Origin: Candidatus Firestonebacteria bacterium RIFOXYD2_FULL_39_29
GTDB lineage: Bacteria > Oederibacteriota > D2-FULL-39-29
Direction of reading: 5' to 3'
DNA length: 64,000 bases
NCBI GenBank assembly: GCA_001778375.1
Contig: MFGV01000018.1
Coordinates: 47,022 to 111,021, forward strand
Below, piece by piece: positions 10,436-18,737 of the stretch; the stretch's first letter is position 1, and each line of letters opens with the position of its first letter. Both the position numbers and the translations under genes were made by a program. The notes beneath the pieces were generated by a model that searched no databases, had not been told where the DNA came from, and saw nothing but the letters and a program-made list of their open reading frames with translations.

Positions 10436-11545
10436 TTACTCTACTTTCCTTCCCACTCTCATAAGGACAACTATTATTCCAAATATCAGGACAGCCTGAA
10501 AAAGTAATAACAGAGCTTCTTTCTCTGATGCACGGGTCAAAGCCAGAGCTGAAAGCCCCAGAATTAGATTTAACACGTAAAGAAAAATCACCGTCGCCTT
10601 CTGAGAGAATCCGATATGCATTAAACGGTGGTGAAAATGGTCTCTACCGGTAAACTCTATCCACTCTCTTAAGGTAGAGACAGAACCGTTTTTAATTCTG
10701 GAGATGGTCGTATAAAGCATGTCAAATATTGGAATTCCCATAATAAGTACAGGCATTGCCACACCTATCATGACATTATTCTTATCCCATACTCCAATAA
10801 TGGAAAAACTTGCAAGAAGGAAACCGATAGTTGACGAACCGGAATCACCCAAAAATATTTTGGCAGGCTTAAAATTAAACAGAATAAATCCGATAGAAGC
10901 CCCGAGAAAGGCCAGAAGAAGATATGAAAGTTCAAGCTGTCCGGATATATATATTATTGCAAAAAAACCGAGTCCTGAGACAATCCCGAGACCCGCAGCC
11001 AGACCATCGACCCCGTCAAGAAAGTTAACCGCGTTAATTATACCTACTACCCAAAATACGGTCAGAAGATAATCAAAAAAGACAGAACCCGGAAATTCAG
11101 GAATGACGGTAATATAGACTCCGGATATTATCAGGATAATAACAGCAACCACCTGAGCCCCAAGCCGGAGAAAAGCAGAATTGCTTTTTATATCATCCAG
11201 GAACTCCGCTGCGAAGACAAGTACCAGCCCGGACAAAAGGCCTATGACCTCTTTAGGAAAATGATAATTCCTCCCGACTGCAATAAGAAAAGCAAGAAAT
11301 ATTGCCAGCCCTCCGATTCTCGGTATCGGCTTTAAATGAATCTTTCTGTCATTTGGAATATCAAGGATACTAAATTTAAATGCAACTTTGATCGCGAGAG
11401 GGGTAAATATTACGGCAAGAAGAAAAGCAAGAAGCAGAACATAGATGCTTCTGAGATTGTTAGCATAAAACCAGGTTCCGCCAAACGGCATTAAAAGATA
11501 AAGAGCGCCTGCTCCAGCAGAGAAATACAGTATTTTTTTTATCAT
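10436..11545 (-). CDS. wecA: UDP-GlcNAc:undecaprenyl-phosphate GlcNAc-1-phosphate transferase family (WecA/TagO, GT4 MraY-like)
   Basis: 369 aa with ~10-11 TM segments. Diagnostic motifs are present: NAVNFLDGVDGLAAG, and DD..D-type loops (FLGDSGSSTIGF, LDD). Confidence 0.75.
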   Translation of the reverse strand: MIKKILYFSAGAGALYLLMPFGGTWFYANNLRSIYVLLLAFLLAVIFTPLAIKVAFKFSILDIPNDRKIHLKPIPRIGGLAIFLAFLIAVGRNYHFPKEVIGLLSGLVLVFAAEFLDDIKSNSAFLRLGAQVVAVIILIISGVYITVIPEFPGSVFFDYLLTVFWVVGIINAVNFLDGVDGLAAGLGIVSGLGFFAIIYISGQLELSYLLLAFLGASIGFILFNFKPAKIFLGDSGSSTIGFLLASFSIIGVWDKNNVMIGVAMPVLIMGIPIFDMLYTTISRIKNGSVSTLREWIEFTGRDHFHHRLMHIGFSQKATVIFLYVLNLILGLSALALTRASEKEALLLLFQAVLIFGIIVVLMRVGRKVE

Positions 11546-12159
11546 CTAAACTTTGTCAGCTCCAGCCTTAGAGGCATAAAACCCTCGGCGTATTTTACCC
11601 GGTTTTGAACTCCGCGAAATATCGCATTAGCTTCCGCATTTTTTAAAATGCTAAGTCCGGGAACTTTTGTTTTATGAACCTGCGAAGAATGCGCCTTCAA
11701 GAGCTCGAACTTGCGATTTATTACGGAAGTTATATTAACATAAGCTACCGGTAAAAACTCAATAGAGGAAGGCACTTCATAAAAAAGCACATTTTTTTGA
11801 TATCTGGCAGCTGTTACAACCGCCGTCGAAATATTACGATGGTCCTGATGCGTATCATTATTATAAGGTACAAAAATAATATCTGGTTTTATTTTAGTTA
11901 TTTCTCTTTCCATAATCTGGATCAGTTCTCTATTTAACTCCACTCTTGTATCTATTAAACCGCCCCAGTGCAATTTTGCATGCAAAATCTTTGCGACTTT
12001 ATCCTGTTCTTTTATTCTTTTTCCCGAATCACCGCCGGCCTGCCCCCGGGTCATTATCAAAAGATTAATATCATATTTTTTTTCTTTTGCAATGAGCAAA
12101 GCGCCGCCGCAACCAATCTCTATGTCGTCAGGATGAGGACCTATTGCGAGTATACGCAT
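11542..12159 (-). CDS. PIG-L/LmbE family N-acetylglucosaminyl deacetylase
   Basis: N-terminal signature ILAIGPHPDDIEIGCGGAL plus a downstream HQDH. It overlaps the wecA start by 4 nt, suggesting translational coupling. Confidence 0.7.
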   Translation of the reverse strand: MRILAIGPHPDDIEIGCGGALLIAKEKKYDINLLIMTRGQAGGDSGKRIKEQDKVAKILHAKLHWGGLIDTRVELNRELIQIMEREITKIKPDIIFVPYNNDTHQDHRNISTAVVTAARYQKNVLFYEVPSSIEFLPVAYVNITSVINRKFELLKAHSSQVHKTKVPGLSILKNAEANAIFRGVQNRVKYAEGFMPLRLELTKFR

Positions 12160-12394
12160 AATAACTCCTTTGAAATAACGCTTTTCCTTTGTTTGCCTGC
12201 ATAAATTCGAAACTCTAAACAGAAAATAACTAAGGTCTAAGCACTAAATTCTAAACAAACAAAATATACTTAATAACTAAATCTTAAACAAAATCGTTGA
12301 ATTTATACCAATAATCCTATTTTCAATCTTCAATTCGCAAGATCTTTTCACTTTACAAACTTTAAAAACCTTACAAACCTTATAAACTTTCAGT

Positions 12395-13201
12395 TTAATC
12401 CGCTCCGCCTAATGAATCTATCGCTTCCTGCACTACAAACATATCTATCTGCGGGAGTGTTTTACCGTACGCTACCATAAGAGCCATATCGCAAATCTGA
12501 TTAATTCTTCTCGGGATTCCACCTGAACGAAGATACAAGAGATTAATGGCATCCGCAGTAAATATTTCCTTTGTCGCACCTGCTACTTTCATCCTATATT
12601 TTATATAATCCGCCGTGTTTATTGAACTTAAAGCATCGAGGTGGTAACGCATCGCTATTCTTTGCGACAATTGTTTATTAGATTCAAGTTTCTCCCGAAG
12701 TTCCGGCTGACCTATTAAAAGTATCGTTACCAGAAATTTATCTTCGAGCTGGATATTAAGAAGCAGTCGAATTTCTTCAAATACCCTAACATCTTCTATC
12801 GTATGCGCCTCATCTATTACAATTACAGTCTTCTTCTTGTCTCTCCAGTTATTTGCAATGAGCCTTTCAAGCGTAATAAGGATATCTGATTTTCTGACAG
12901 GAAGTTCGGGCGCTCCCAGGTTATGAGCTATCAAACGAAGCAAATCAATATCTTCCACTCTTGGATTGGTAATGAAAGCCACTCTATAAATATCTTTTTC
13001 CAGCTCCATATTAAGAGCACGGGAAAGAAGCGTCTTACCGCAGCCAAAAACTCCTGTTAAGAGCCCCAGCCCTTTTTCTTCACGAACTACATAAAGTAAG
13101 CGGGAAAGCGCTTCTTCATGCTGAGGAGAAAGATAAAAAAATGCCGGATCCGGCGTATTCTCAAAAGGTTTTTTCTGTAATTTCCAATAATCTAAATACA
13201 T
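12395..13201 (-). CDS. ExeA-like AAA ATPase
   Basis: Walker A (LLTGVFGCGKTLL) and Walker B (VIVIDEAHTIE) with a C-terminal helical region. This family is commonly associated with secretion and polysaccharide loci. Confidence 0.5.
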   Translation of the reverse strand: MYLDYWKLQKKPFENTPDPAFFYLSPQHEEALSRLLYVVREEKGLGLLTGVFGCGKTLLSRALNMELEKDIYRVAFITNPRVEDIDLLRLIAHNLGAPELPVRKSDILITLERLIANNWRDKKKTVIVIDEAHTIEDVRVFEEIRLLLNIQLEDKFLVTILLIGQPELREKLESNKQLSQRIAMRYHLDALSSINTADYIKYRMKVAGATKEIFTADAINLLYLRSGGIPRRINQICDMALMVAYGKTLPQIDMFVVQEAIDSLGGAD

Positions 13202-13220
13202 GATTTCCTTTGAAAAGAAA

Positions 13221-13358
13221 ATTGACTAAGTACTAATGACTATTGACTATTTATGGTAAGAGGAAAACAGCCTCCTCCAATATTTAATTTTTTCTTAAAT
13301 AGATGCGGCGAAAGCTCTTTTTCGCCTTCATTAAATAGTCATTAGTCACTAGTAATTA
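13221..13358. mobile_element. TIR-flanked intergenic cassette (MITE-like) 2
   Basis: Left ATTGACTAAGTACTAATGACTATTGACTA and right TAAATAGTCATTAGTCACTAGTAATTA are inverted. The interior has hairpin GGCGAAAGCTCTTTTTCGCC followed by TTCATTAAATAG. Confidence 0.45.
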
Positions 13359-13730
13359 TTTTTTATTTCCTATCGATGTCATCATCGCAGTCTTTATATA
13401 TTTAAAATCAAACGGCTTAAAGATGCAGTCGTAAGCCCCAAGCCTGAAAGCAGAAACCACTCTTTCCGCGTCCCTGAAAGCAGTAATCATTATCACAGGT
13501 ATTCCCGGGTTTATTTCTTTAATATTCTTAAGTACTTCTATACCGTCAATGTCCGGAAGTTTAATATCCAAAAAGACGAGAGTGGGCTTTATTTCTTTAA
13601 ATTTCGTTATCGCATCACGTCCGAGTTTTGCTATATCCGTCTCGTATCCCTCTTTTTTGAGAAATATCGTCAAAACATCGCATATATCCTGTTCGTCATC
13701 AACAACTAGTATCATAATAGGCTCCTTCAC
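13356..13730 (-). CDS. Single-domain response regulator (CheY-like receiver)
   Basis: 124 aa. It has the acidic pocket (VVDDE), the phospho-acceptor context (FLDIKLPDIDGIEVL), and a conserved T/K region. Confidence 0.7.
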   Translation of the reverse strand: MKEPIMILVVDDEQDICDVLTIFLKKEGYETDIAKLGRDAITKFKEIKPTLVFLDIKLPDIDGIEVLKNIKEINPGIPVIMITAFRDAERVVSAFRLGAYDCIFKPFDFKYIKTAMMTSIGNKK

Positions 13731-13992
13731 AATCGTAAATTAGAAGCACTAAATTCGTCCGTTTAAAGCGAGATCTCGCCGTAGGCGGAAAACTCGAAAC
13801 TCGAAACAAAACCGATAAAAATACAAGGAGCTAAACGTTAGAAATAGACCTTTTTTTTCTGTTCTTGCTTCTTTTACTTCTTCTACTTCCCCTGCTTTCC
13901 TTGCTTCTTATTGATTTTAACAAAGTTTTCCAAAAAATGCAATATATATCAGCATTTTTACAATATTCAGGGTTTACTTATGTCCGTTTCAT

Positions 13993-14763
13993 TTAATACT
14001 TTCCGATGCTTCCGGTTTTTCCGGCGTGTTTGACTGCAAGTTTAAAAGCATAAAAGGCAGCAGGCAAAACAACTATAGAAAATATTAAAAGGAACATAAT
14101 GCTTGACTGCGGCGACCAGGAAAGAGAACTTTTAAAGCCAAACCCGATACGGATGAGTTCAAGAGCATGTGTTATTGGATTTAGCAATGAGAGTTTAAGA
14201 AGCCAGCCGGAGAGAACGCTGACCGGGAAAAACACACCTCCCAGCAGAGTAAGAGCTGCATTTAAAAGAAAATTTATGGGATCACCTCTTTTAAAAGCCA
14301 TTATAAATGAAGCTGAAATGATTCCCAGTGCAGCCAGGGAAAAAAGCCCCAGAACAACACCGGAAAGCAGCAGAAATAGATTTATTTCACCCGGTAGCGG
14401 AATAAAAAACAAAGCCCCAAGATAGATAACTGTTTCCAGAAACCCATAAACCAACGGGTATGAAACCACTCCGGAAAGAAGGCTGAAATTACTCTTTGAA
14501 GAAAGAAACAAGCTTTCCATTGTTCCATAGAGCTGTTCTTTTCTTAGCCCCTCCGAAAATGCATTCAGCGGGACAAGCAGTAAATTTGCAAAAATAATCC
14601 CGAGGAACACCGACAAAAAGAAGGCACCGCTTTTTTCAAGCCAGAAGCCCATAAAGTAAAATATGGAAAGATACAGATACATACCGGCCAGCTTTAAAAT
14701 AAAAGCCAGCTTATAATTTTTCTCTATCCGAAAATCCCTTTTAATAAATGCCCGCGCACTCAC
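13993..14763 (-). CDS. ABC-2 type transporter permease
   Basis: 256 aa with 6 predicted TM helices. It overlaps the start of the downstream ATPase gene by 4 nt. Confidence 0.45.
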   Translation of the reverse strand: MSARAFIKRDFRIEKNYKLAFILKLAGMYLYLSIFYFMGFWLEKSGAFFLSVFLGIIFANLLLVPLNAFSEGLRKEQLYGTMESLFLSSKSNFSLLSGVVSYPLVYGFLETVIYLGALFFIPLPGEINLFLLLSGVVLGLFSLAALGIISASFIMAFKRGDPINFLLNAALTLLGGVFFPVSVLSGWLLKLSLLNPITHALELIRIGFGFKSSLSWSPQSSIMFLLIFSIVVLPAAFYAFKLAVKHAGKTGSIGKY

Positions 14764-15389
14764 AGACCCAGCTCCCTGACCTTGTATTTTATGCCTCTAA
14801 AATCTGTTTCATTGTGCGTTGCAATTATGATGGTATTTTTATTTTTAAGCAGAAGCTTGAGCAGCTCGATAAATATTTTTTTTGCCGTTTTATCCAGACC
14901 CTTTAGCGGCTCATCAAAAAGACATATATCCGGATGATGTATCAATGTTTTAGCAATAGAAATTCTTTGCTTCATGCCAAGAGAACAGTTCTCGACAGGA
15001 AAATCAATATAGCTCTCCATTTTCAGACGTTCACTCAGTTTTTCGATACGATCTGAAATAGTTTTAGCATCCACATTGTAAAGTTCTGCAAAAAATTCCA
15101 GATTCTGTCTGCCCGTCAATTTAAAATATAAAGCTCGCTCCTCTGCACCTAAATAGCCAATCTCTCTTCTTGCCGCCGCCGGAGACAAGCCGTTTAGCAC
15201 TACTTCCCCTTTATCAGGGATAAGAAGACCTGATATTATTTTCAGAAGAGTGGTTTTACCCGAACCGTTTTTGCCGGTAAGAAGAAGCAGTTCGCCCGGC
15301 TTTACGGTAAAAGATAAAGACCGGAAAACAGAAAGCTTTTCCTTTCCCTTCTTGAAACTTTTCGATATTTTGATTACCTTAACGGACAT
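14760..15389 (-). CDS. ABC transporter ATP-binding protein
   Basis: Walker A (LLTGKNGSGKTTLLKIISGL), an LSGG-like signature (CSLGMKQRISIA) and Walker B (ICLFDEP). RBS AAGGATGG precedes the start. Confidence 0.7.
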   Translation of the reverse strand: MSVKVIKISKSFKKGKEKLSVFRSLSFTVKPGELLLLTGKNGSGKTTLLKIISGLLIPDKGEVVLNGLSPAAARREIGYLGAEERALYFKLTGRQNLEFFAELYNVDAKTISDRIEKLSERLKMESYIDFPVENCSLGMKQRISIAKTLIHHPDICLFDEPLKGLDKTAKKIFIELLKLLLKNKNTIIIATHNETDFRGIKYKVRELGL

Positions 15390-15400
15390 AGGCCATCCTT

Positions 15401-15577
15401 AGTATTGACAATTGACGATTTACGATTGACAATTTAATGTAGTATTATTTATAATGCACTTGTTAAATTAGCTTTACAAGTTCGTGATATTAAATTCAAT
15501 TCGGCGAATCGTTTCATTTCGCCTTCCTAAAATTGTCAATTGTAAATCGTCAATCGTAAATTTCATTTGATTAAGTA
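15401..15577. mobile_element. TIR-flanked intergenic cassette (MITE-like) 3
   Basis: Left TTGACAATTGACGATTTACGATTGACAATTTAATGTAGTATTATTTATAA and right TAAAATTGTCAATTGTAAATCGTCAATCGTAAATTTC are inverted, and the left arm is shared with cassette 1. The interior hairpin GGCGAATCGTTTCATTTCGCC is followed by TTCCTAAAATTG. Confidence 0.45.
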
Positions 15578-16390
15578 GTCCTTAATCATCTTAAACTTCA
15601 GACTCCAGGTATCGGCTATTAATACAGGAATGAGGTAGCCGTAGAAAGCAGACCTTTTATCGTATTCTATTTTTAAAGCCGACTCCAGATTATATTTGAT
15701 CAGTTTATCCGCAAGCCCTGTACTTATATTATACTTTAATCCTATGTTGTTTTGCCAAAGTTTACCGCAGAGCTCTACGGGTAAAAACACAGCTCGGAAA
15801 ACCCCTTTTTTCTTTGCGAGGGTTTCTACTTTTTCCATGTTAATTCTCTTGGTCTTTAAAAACTCATTAATATCAACGAGTTTTGAGATATCGTAAAAAG
15901 AATGGGTCATGGAAGCATGCAGACAAAGATGGAGCAGATTATATTCGCAATTCAGAACTCTAACTTTTTGACCTCCGATTTTCACCTTTGCCGTATGTAA
16001 AAGTAACTCTTCGACCGGCAAAATATTTTTCAGCACTCCCAGTTCGCCGGCCAGCTCCACTTCAAGCCCGTTTACATCAGTCATCACGGTCACAGTTTTG
16101 TTAGATTTTTTCTTATCTTCCCTGAAACCCTCTTCATACAGGGACCGGACGGCTGCCAAACTGTCTTTTTCCGCCACAATAATATCTATATCGCTCAAAT
16201 ATCTGGCACCCGCGGGATAAATATCAAAAGCAAGGTAACCACCCTTTAATACCGCGTAATTTATTTTTTTATTATTTAAAGCCTTTACTATTTTCGGGAA
16301 CTTCCTTTGGAAATACAGGAACCGGTTTTTCTCCCTCTTTTTTAACTTCTCCAAAACCAGGCGGTTTTTTCTGCTGATACGTAGATTCAA
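15563..16390 (-). CDS. Putative nucleotidyltransferase (uncharacterised NTP-transferase family, NTP_transf_5-like)
   Basis: 275 aa. N-terminal region (...YAVLKGGYLAFDIYPAGARYLSDIDIIVAE...) has the G-x(n)-R-x-x-x-D-[IL]-D pattern of minimal nucleotidyltransferases. Confidence 0.3.
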   Translation of the reverse strand: MNLRISRKNRLVLEKLKKREKNRFLYFQRKFPKIVKALNNKKINYAVLKGGYLAFDIYPAGARYLSDIDIIVAEKDSLAAVRSLYEEGFREDKKKSNKTVTVMTDVNGLEVELAGELGVLKNILPVEELLLHTAKVKIGGQKVRVLNCEYNLLHLCLHASMTHSFYDISKLVDINEFLKTKRINMEKVETLAKKKGVFRAVFLPVELCGKLWQNNIGLKYNISTGLADKLIKYNLESALKIEYDKRSAFYGYLIPVLIADTWSLKFKMIKDYLIK

Positions 16391-16548
16391 AGTTTTAACC
16401 GCTTTTGAAATATAAAAACCAAGCCAGTGCGCTTCAGCCAGAGCAATTATTTTTTTCCAGGCAAGCTTGTGCGGCTTACAACCGCCCGGTAGTTCCGGTT
16501 TTGACAGAACAAAGGTATCTATGGCAAACTTCTCTTCTTTGAGTATCT

Positions 16549-18666
16549 TCAGCTCCCCTTCTTTAGTTTTTCCAGATATTTTAAAGCAATCTTGTTCGAC
16601 GGGTCCAGACCAAGAGCTTTTTCAAGTTCAAGCTCCGCCAATTTGGCCTTTCCCTGTTTAAGATGAAGCACAGCCAGCCCTATAAGCGCGTTTATATTTC
16701 CCGGCTCCAGTTCAAGACCTCTGCACAAATTATATTCCGCTTTTGCTAGATCGCCTTTTTCTGACTGTACAACACCCAGATTAGTATAAGCTTCGGCAAA
16801 ACCGGGCCGCATTGAGACCGCTTCTTTAAAATAGTTTTCAGAGGCTGCAAAGTTCTTCTGTTTATATGAAGCAATACCCGCGCTTAACAACGTAAACGCA
16901 TTTTTATATTTCCCCGCAAAATCCAAGGCTTCGCGGTAAAGCCCTGTTTCTGTAAGCTTTCTTGAGACATTCCCCGTAAAATAATCCAGTTCTCCCGCTC
17001 TTTCCGCAGAAAGGAGAAAGTATTTGACGGCCCGGTCTTTATCTTTAAGGTTATTATAATACTCCGCCCGAAAATAGAAGTATTGCGCGGAAAGATCCCG
17101 GAGAAGATAATCGCTAAATTTTTCTATTTTATCAAAATCCCCGTATGAAGACCAGAGCCGGTCTATTTCCGTTTTTCCGGAAGCCGGTCCTTCCGCAAGA
17201 TACAGCACACCTTTGGGTACAGAAGCAATACCTGAGTTCGAGAGATAACTTCCGAGCGTAAAATATGTTTTTCCCGGAAAATTCCGGAGAAGATCCATTT
17301 GCACGGTACTTCTTACGCTGTTTTTTTCAACGTCAGAAAGCCGTACAAAGTCCTCTCCATAAATATTCTTAAAAATACAACCGATGTCATCATAGATAAA
17401 GAGATCAGTTCTGAGTTTTTCAACTTTATTAAGATATACCAGGGGAAACATGATATTGTCGCCGTAGCAAAAGAGCAGGGAACCTTCAGGCAGGGTCTTA
17501 AGTACATTTACATTAAAATTATACGCAAGTTCTGTTTTATCTAAACGCGCAGTATTTACGCCGGAGACCGCAACCGGAAGAAGGAATACGGAAAAAATAA
17601 GTAATGCCGGTAATTTGTTTTTCTCATAGAGAAAAACAAAGCCGGCAAACACAAGGATGGCTATACCCAGAAAGGACAGCATGCAGAAAACTTTAAATGT
17701 TTCAATATTTTTGTAATCCGTATCCGTGTTAAGTACCAACAGAAGAATTAGACCTGAAAAAACCAGAAAAATAACGGGTAAGAGTAATATGTTCTTCTTT
17801 TTATACAGGCAATAAACCCCTAGAACAGCTGCCAGAAGGAAAGCATAATATTCTTTGAACACCAGTTCAAAAAATACCGCTATTTCTGCAAACGCGCGGT
17901 TAAAAGAAAAAGCATTTGCGGTTAACGCCCCGTACTGTCCTCTGACTATATGATATACCGTTCTTTCAATGTTATGCGGATTACCCCAGTTAATCAGTGG
18001 ATTTGCAGAAGCCCTTACAGGCAAATACAAATACAGAGCTCCCGCAACCATAACCGTTATCACGGAAAAAACCAGAGTTTTTATAAACCAACCGTCTTTC
18101 CTGTCCGTTATGATCAAATAAAACACAACCGGCACCAGAAAAAGTGACGTATGATGATTGGCAAGCGCCAGTCCCATAAAAAGACCCGCCAAATATAGAA
18201 ACCTGATATTTTTTTTATAGGAATATTTTAAGACTGCAATTAATAAAAGAACTGCAAGAAAAGCGTTAAGCGTGTAGATCCCCCCCTTGGCCTGCAGGGC
18301 TTGCGAAAAATATACGGTTCCTAAAGCAAGCGTGACCGAGGAAAATAGTGCAGGGAGCGCATATTGCCTGCTAAAAAGAGAATTAAGCAGAATAAATAAT
18401 ACCGTACAGGCGAGGGAACCAAAAAATACCGCCATAATATTAACCCGGAAAGCGATACTTGCCAGAGGCAGAAACGTGAACAGTTTGCCAAGAAGCGTAA
18501 AAAGCGGATACCCCGGAGGATGCGCAATCCCGAGTCCGTAGCAGGCGGTTATCAGCTCACCTGAATCACCCACATAAACCGTAGGGCAGACAAAGGGCAA
18601 AAATACAGTCAATGTAATAAAAAAAACAAAAACTGCGGTATACTTAAAATATTTGACTCCCATCAA
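16549..18666 (-). CDS. DUF2723 (TMEM260-like GT-C glycosyltransferase-family) membrane protein with C-terminal TPR repeats
   Basis: N-terminal signature VYVGDSGELITACYGLGIAHPPGYPLF is characteristic of DUF2723. About 11 TM helices follow, then 4-5 TPR motifs (AEAYTNLGVVQSEKGDLAKAEYNLCRGLELEPGNINALIGLAV...). Confidence 0.6.
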   Translation of the reverse strand: MMGVKYFKYTAVFVFFITLTVFLPFVCPTVYVGDSGELITACYGLGIAHPPGYPLFTLLGKLFTFLPLASIAFRVNIMAVFFGSLACTVLFILLNSLFSRQYALPALFSSVTLALGTVYFSQALQAKGGIYTLNAFLAVLLLIAVLKYSYKKNIRFLYLAGLFMGLALANHHTSLFLVPVVFYLIITDRKDGWFIKTLVFSVITVMVAGALYLYLPVRASANPLINWGNPHNIERTVYHIVRGQYGALTANAFSFNRAFAEIAVFFELVFKEYYAFLLAAVLGVYCLYKKKNILLLPVIFLVFSGLILLLVLNTDTDYKNIETFKVFCMLSFLGIAILVFAGFVFLYEKNKLPALLIFSVFLLPVAVSGVNTARLDKTELAYNFNVNVLKTLPEGSLLFCYGDNIMFPLVYLNKVEKLRTDLFIYDDIGCIFKNIYGEDFVRLSDVEKNSVRSTVQMDLLRNFPGKTYFTLGSYLSNSGIASVPKGVLYLAEGPASGKTEIDRLWSSYGDFDKIEKFSDYLLRDLSAQYFYFRAEYYNNLKDKDRAVKYFLLSAERAGELDYFTGNVSRKLTETGLYREALDFAGKYKNAFTLLSAGIASYKQKNFAASENYFKEAVSMRPGFAEAYTNLGVVQSEKGDLAKAEYNLCRGLELEPGNINALIGLAVLHLKQGKAKLAELELEKALGLDPSNKIALKYLEKLKKGS

Positions 18667-18737
18667 TCAGGCTTTCCCTTTTTTCTTGAGTTTCTCCGGA
18701 TAGAGATTGTTTTCCCCGTTAACTTTAATCCAAGCAC

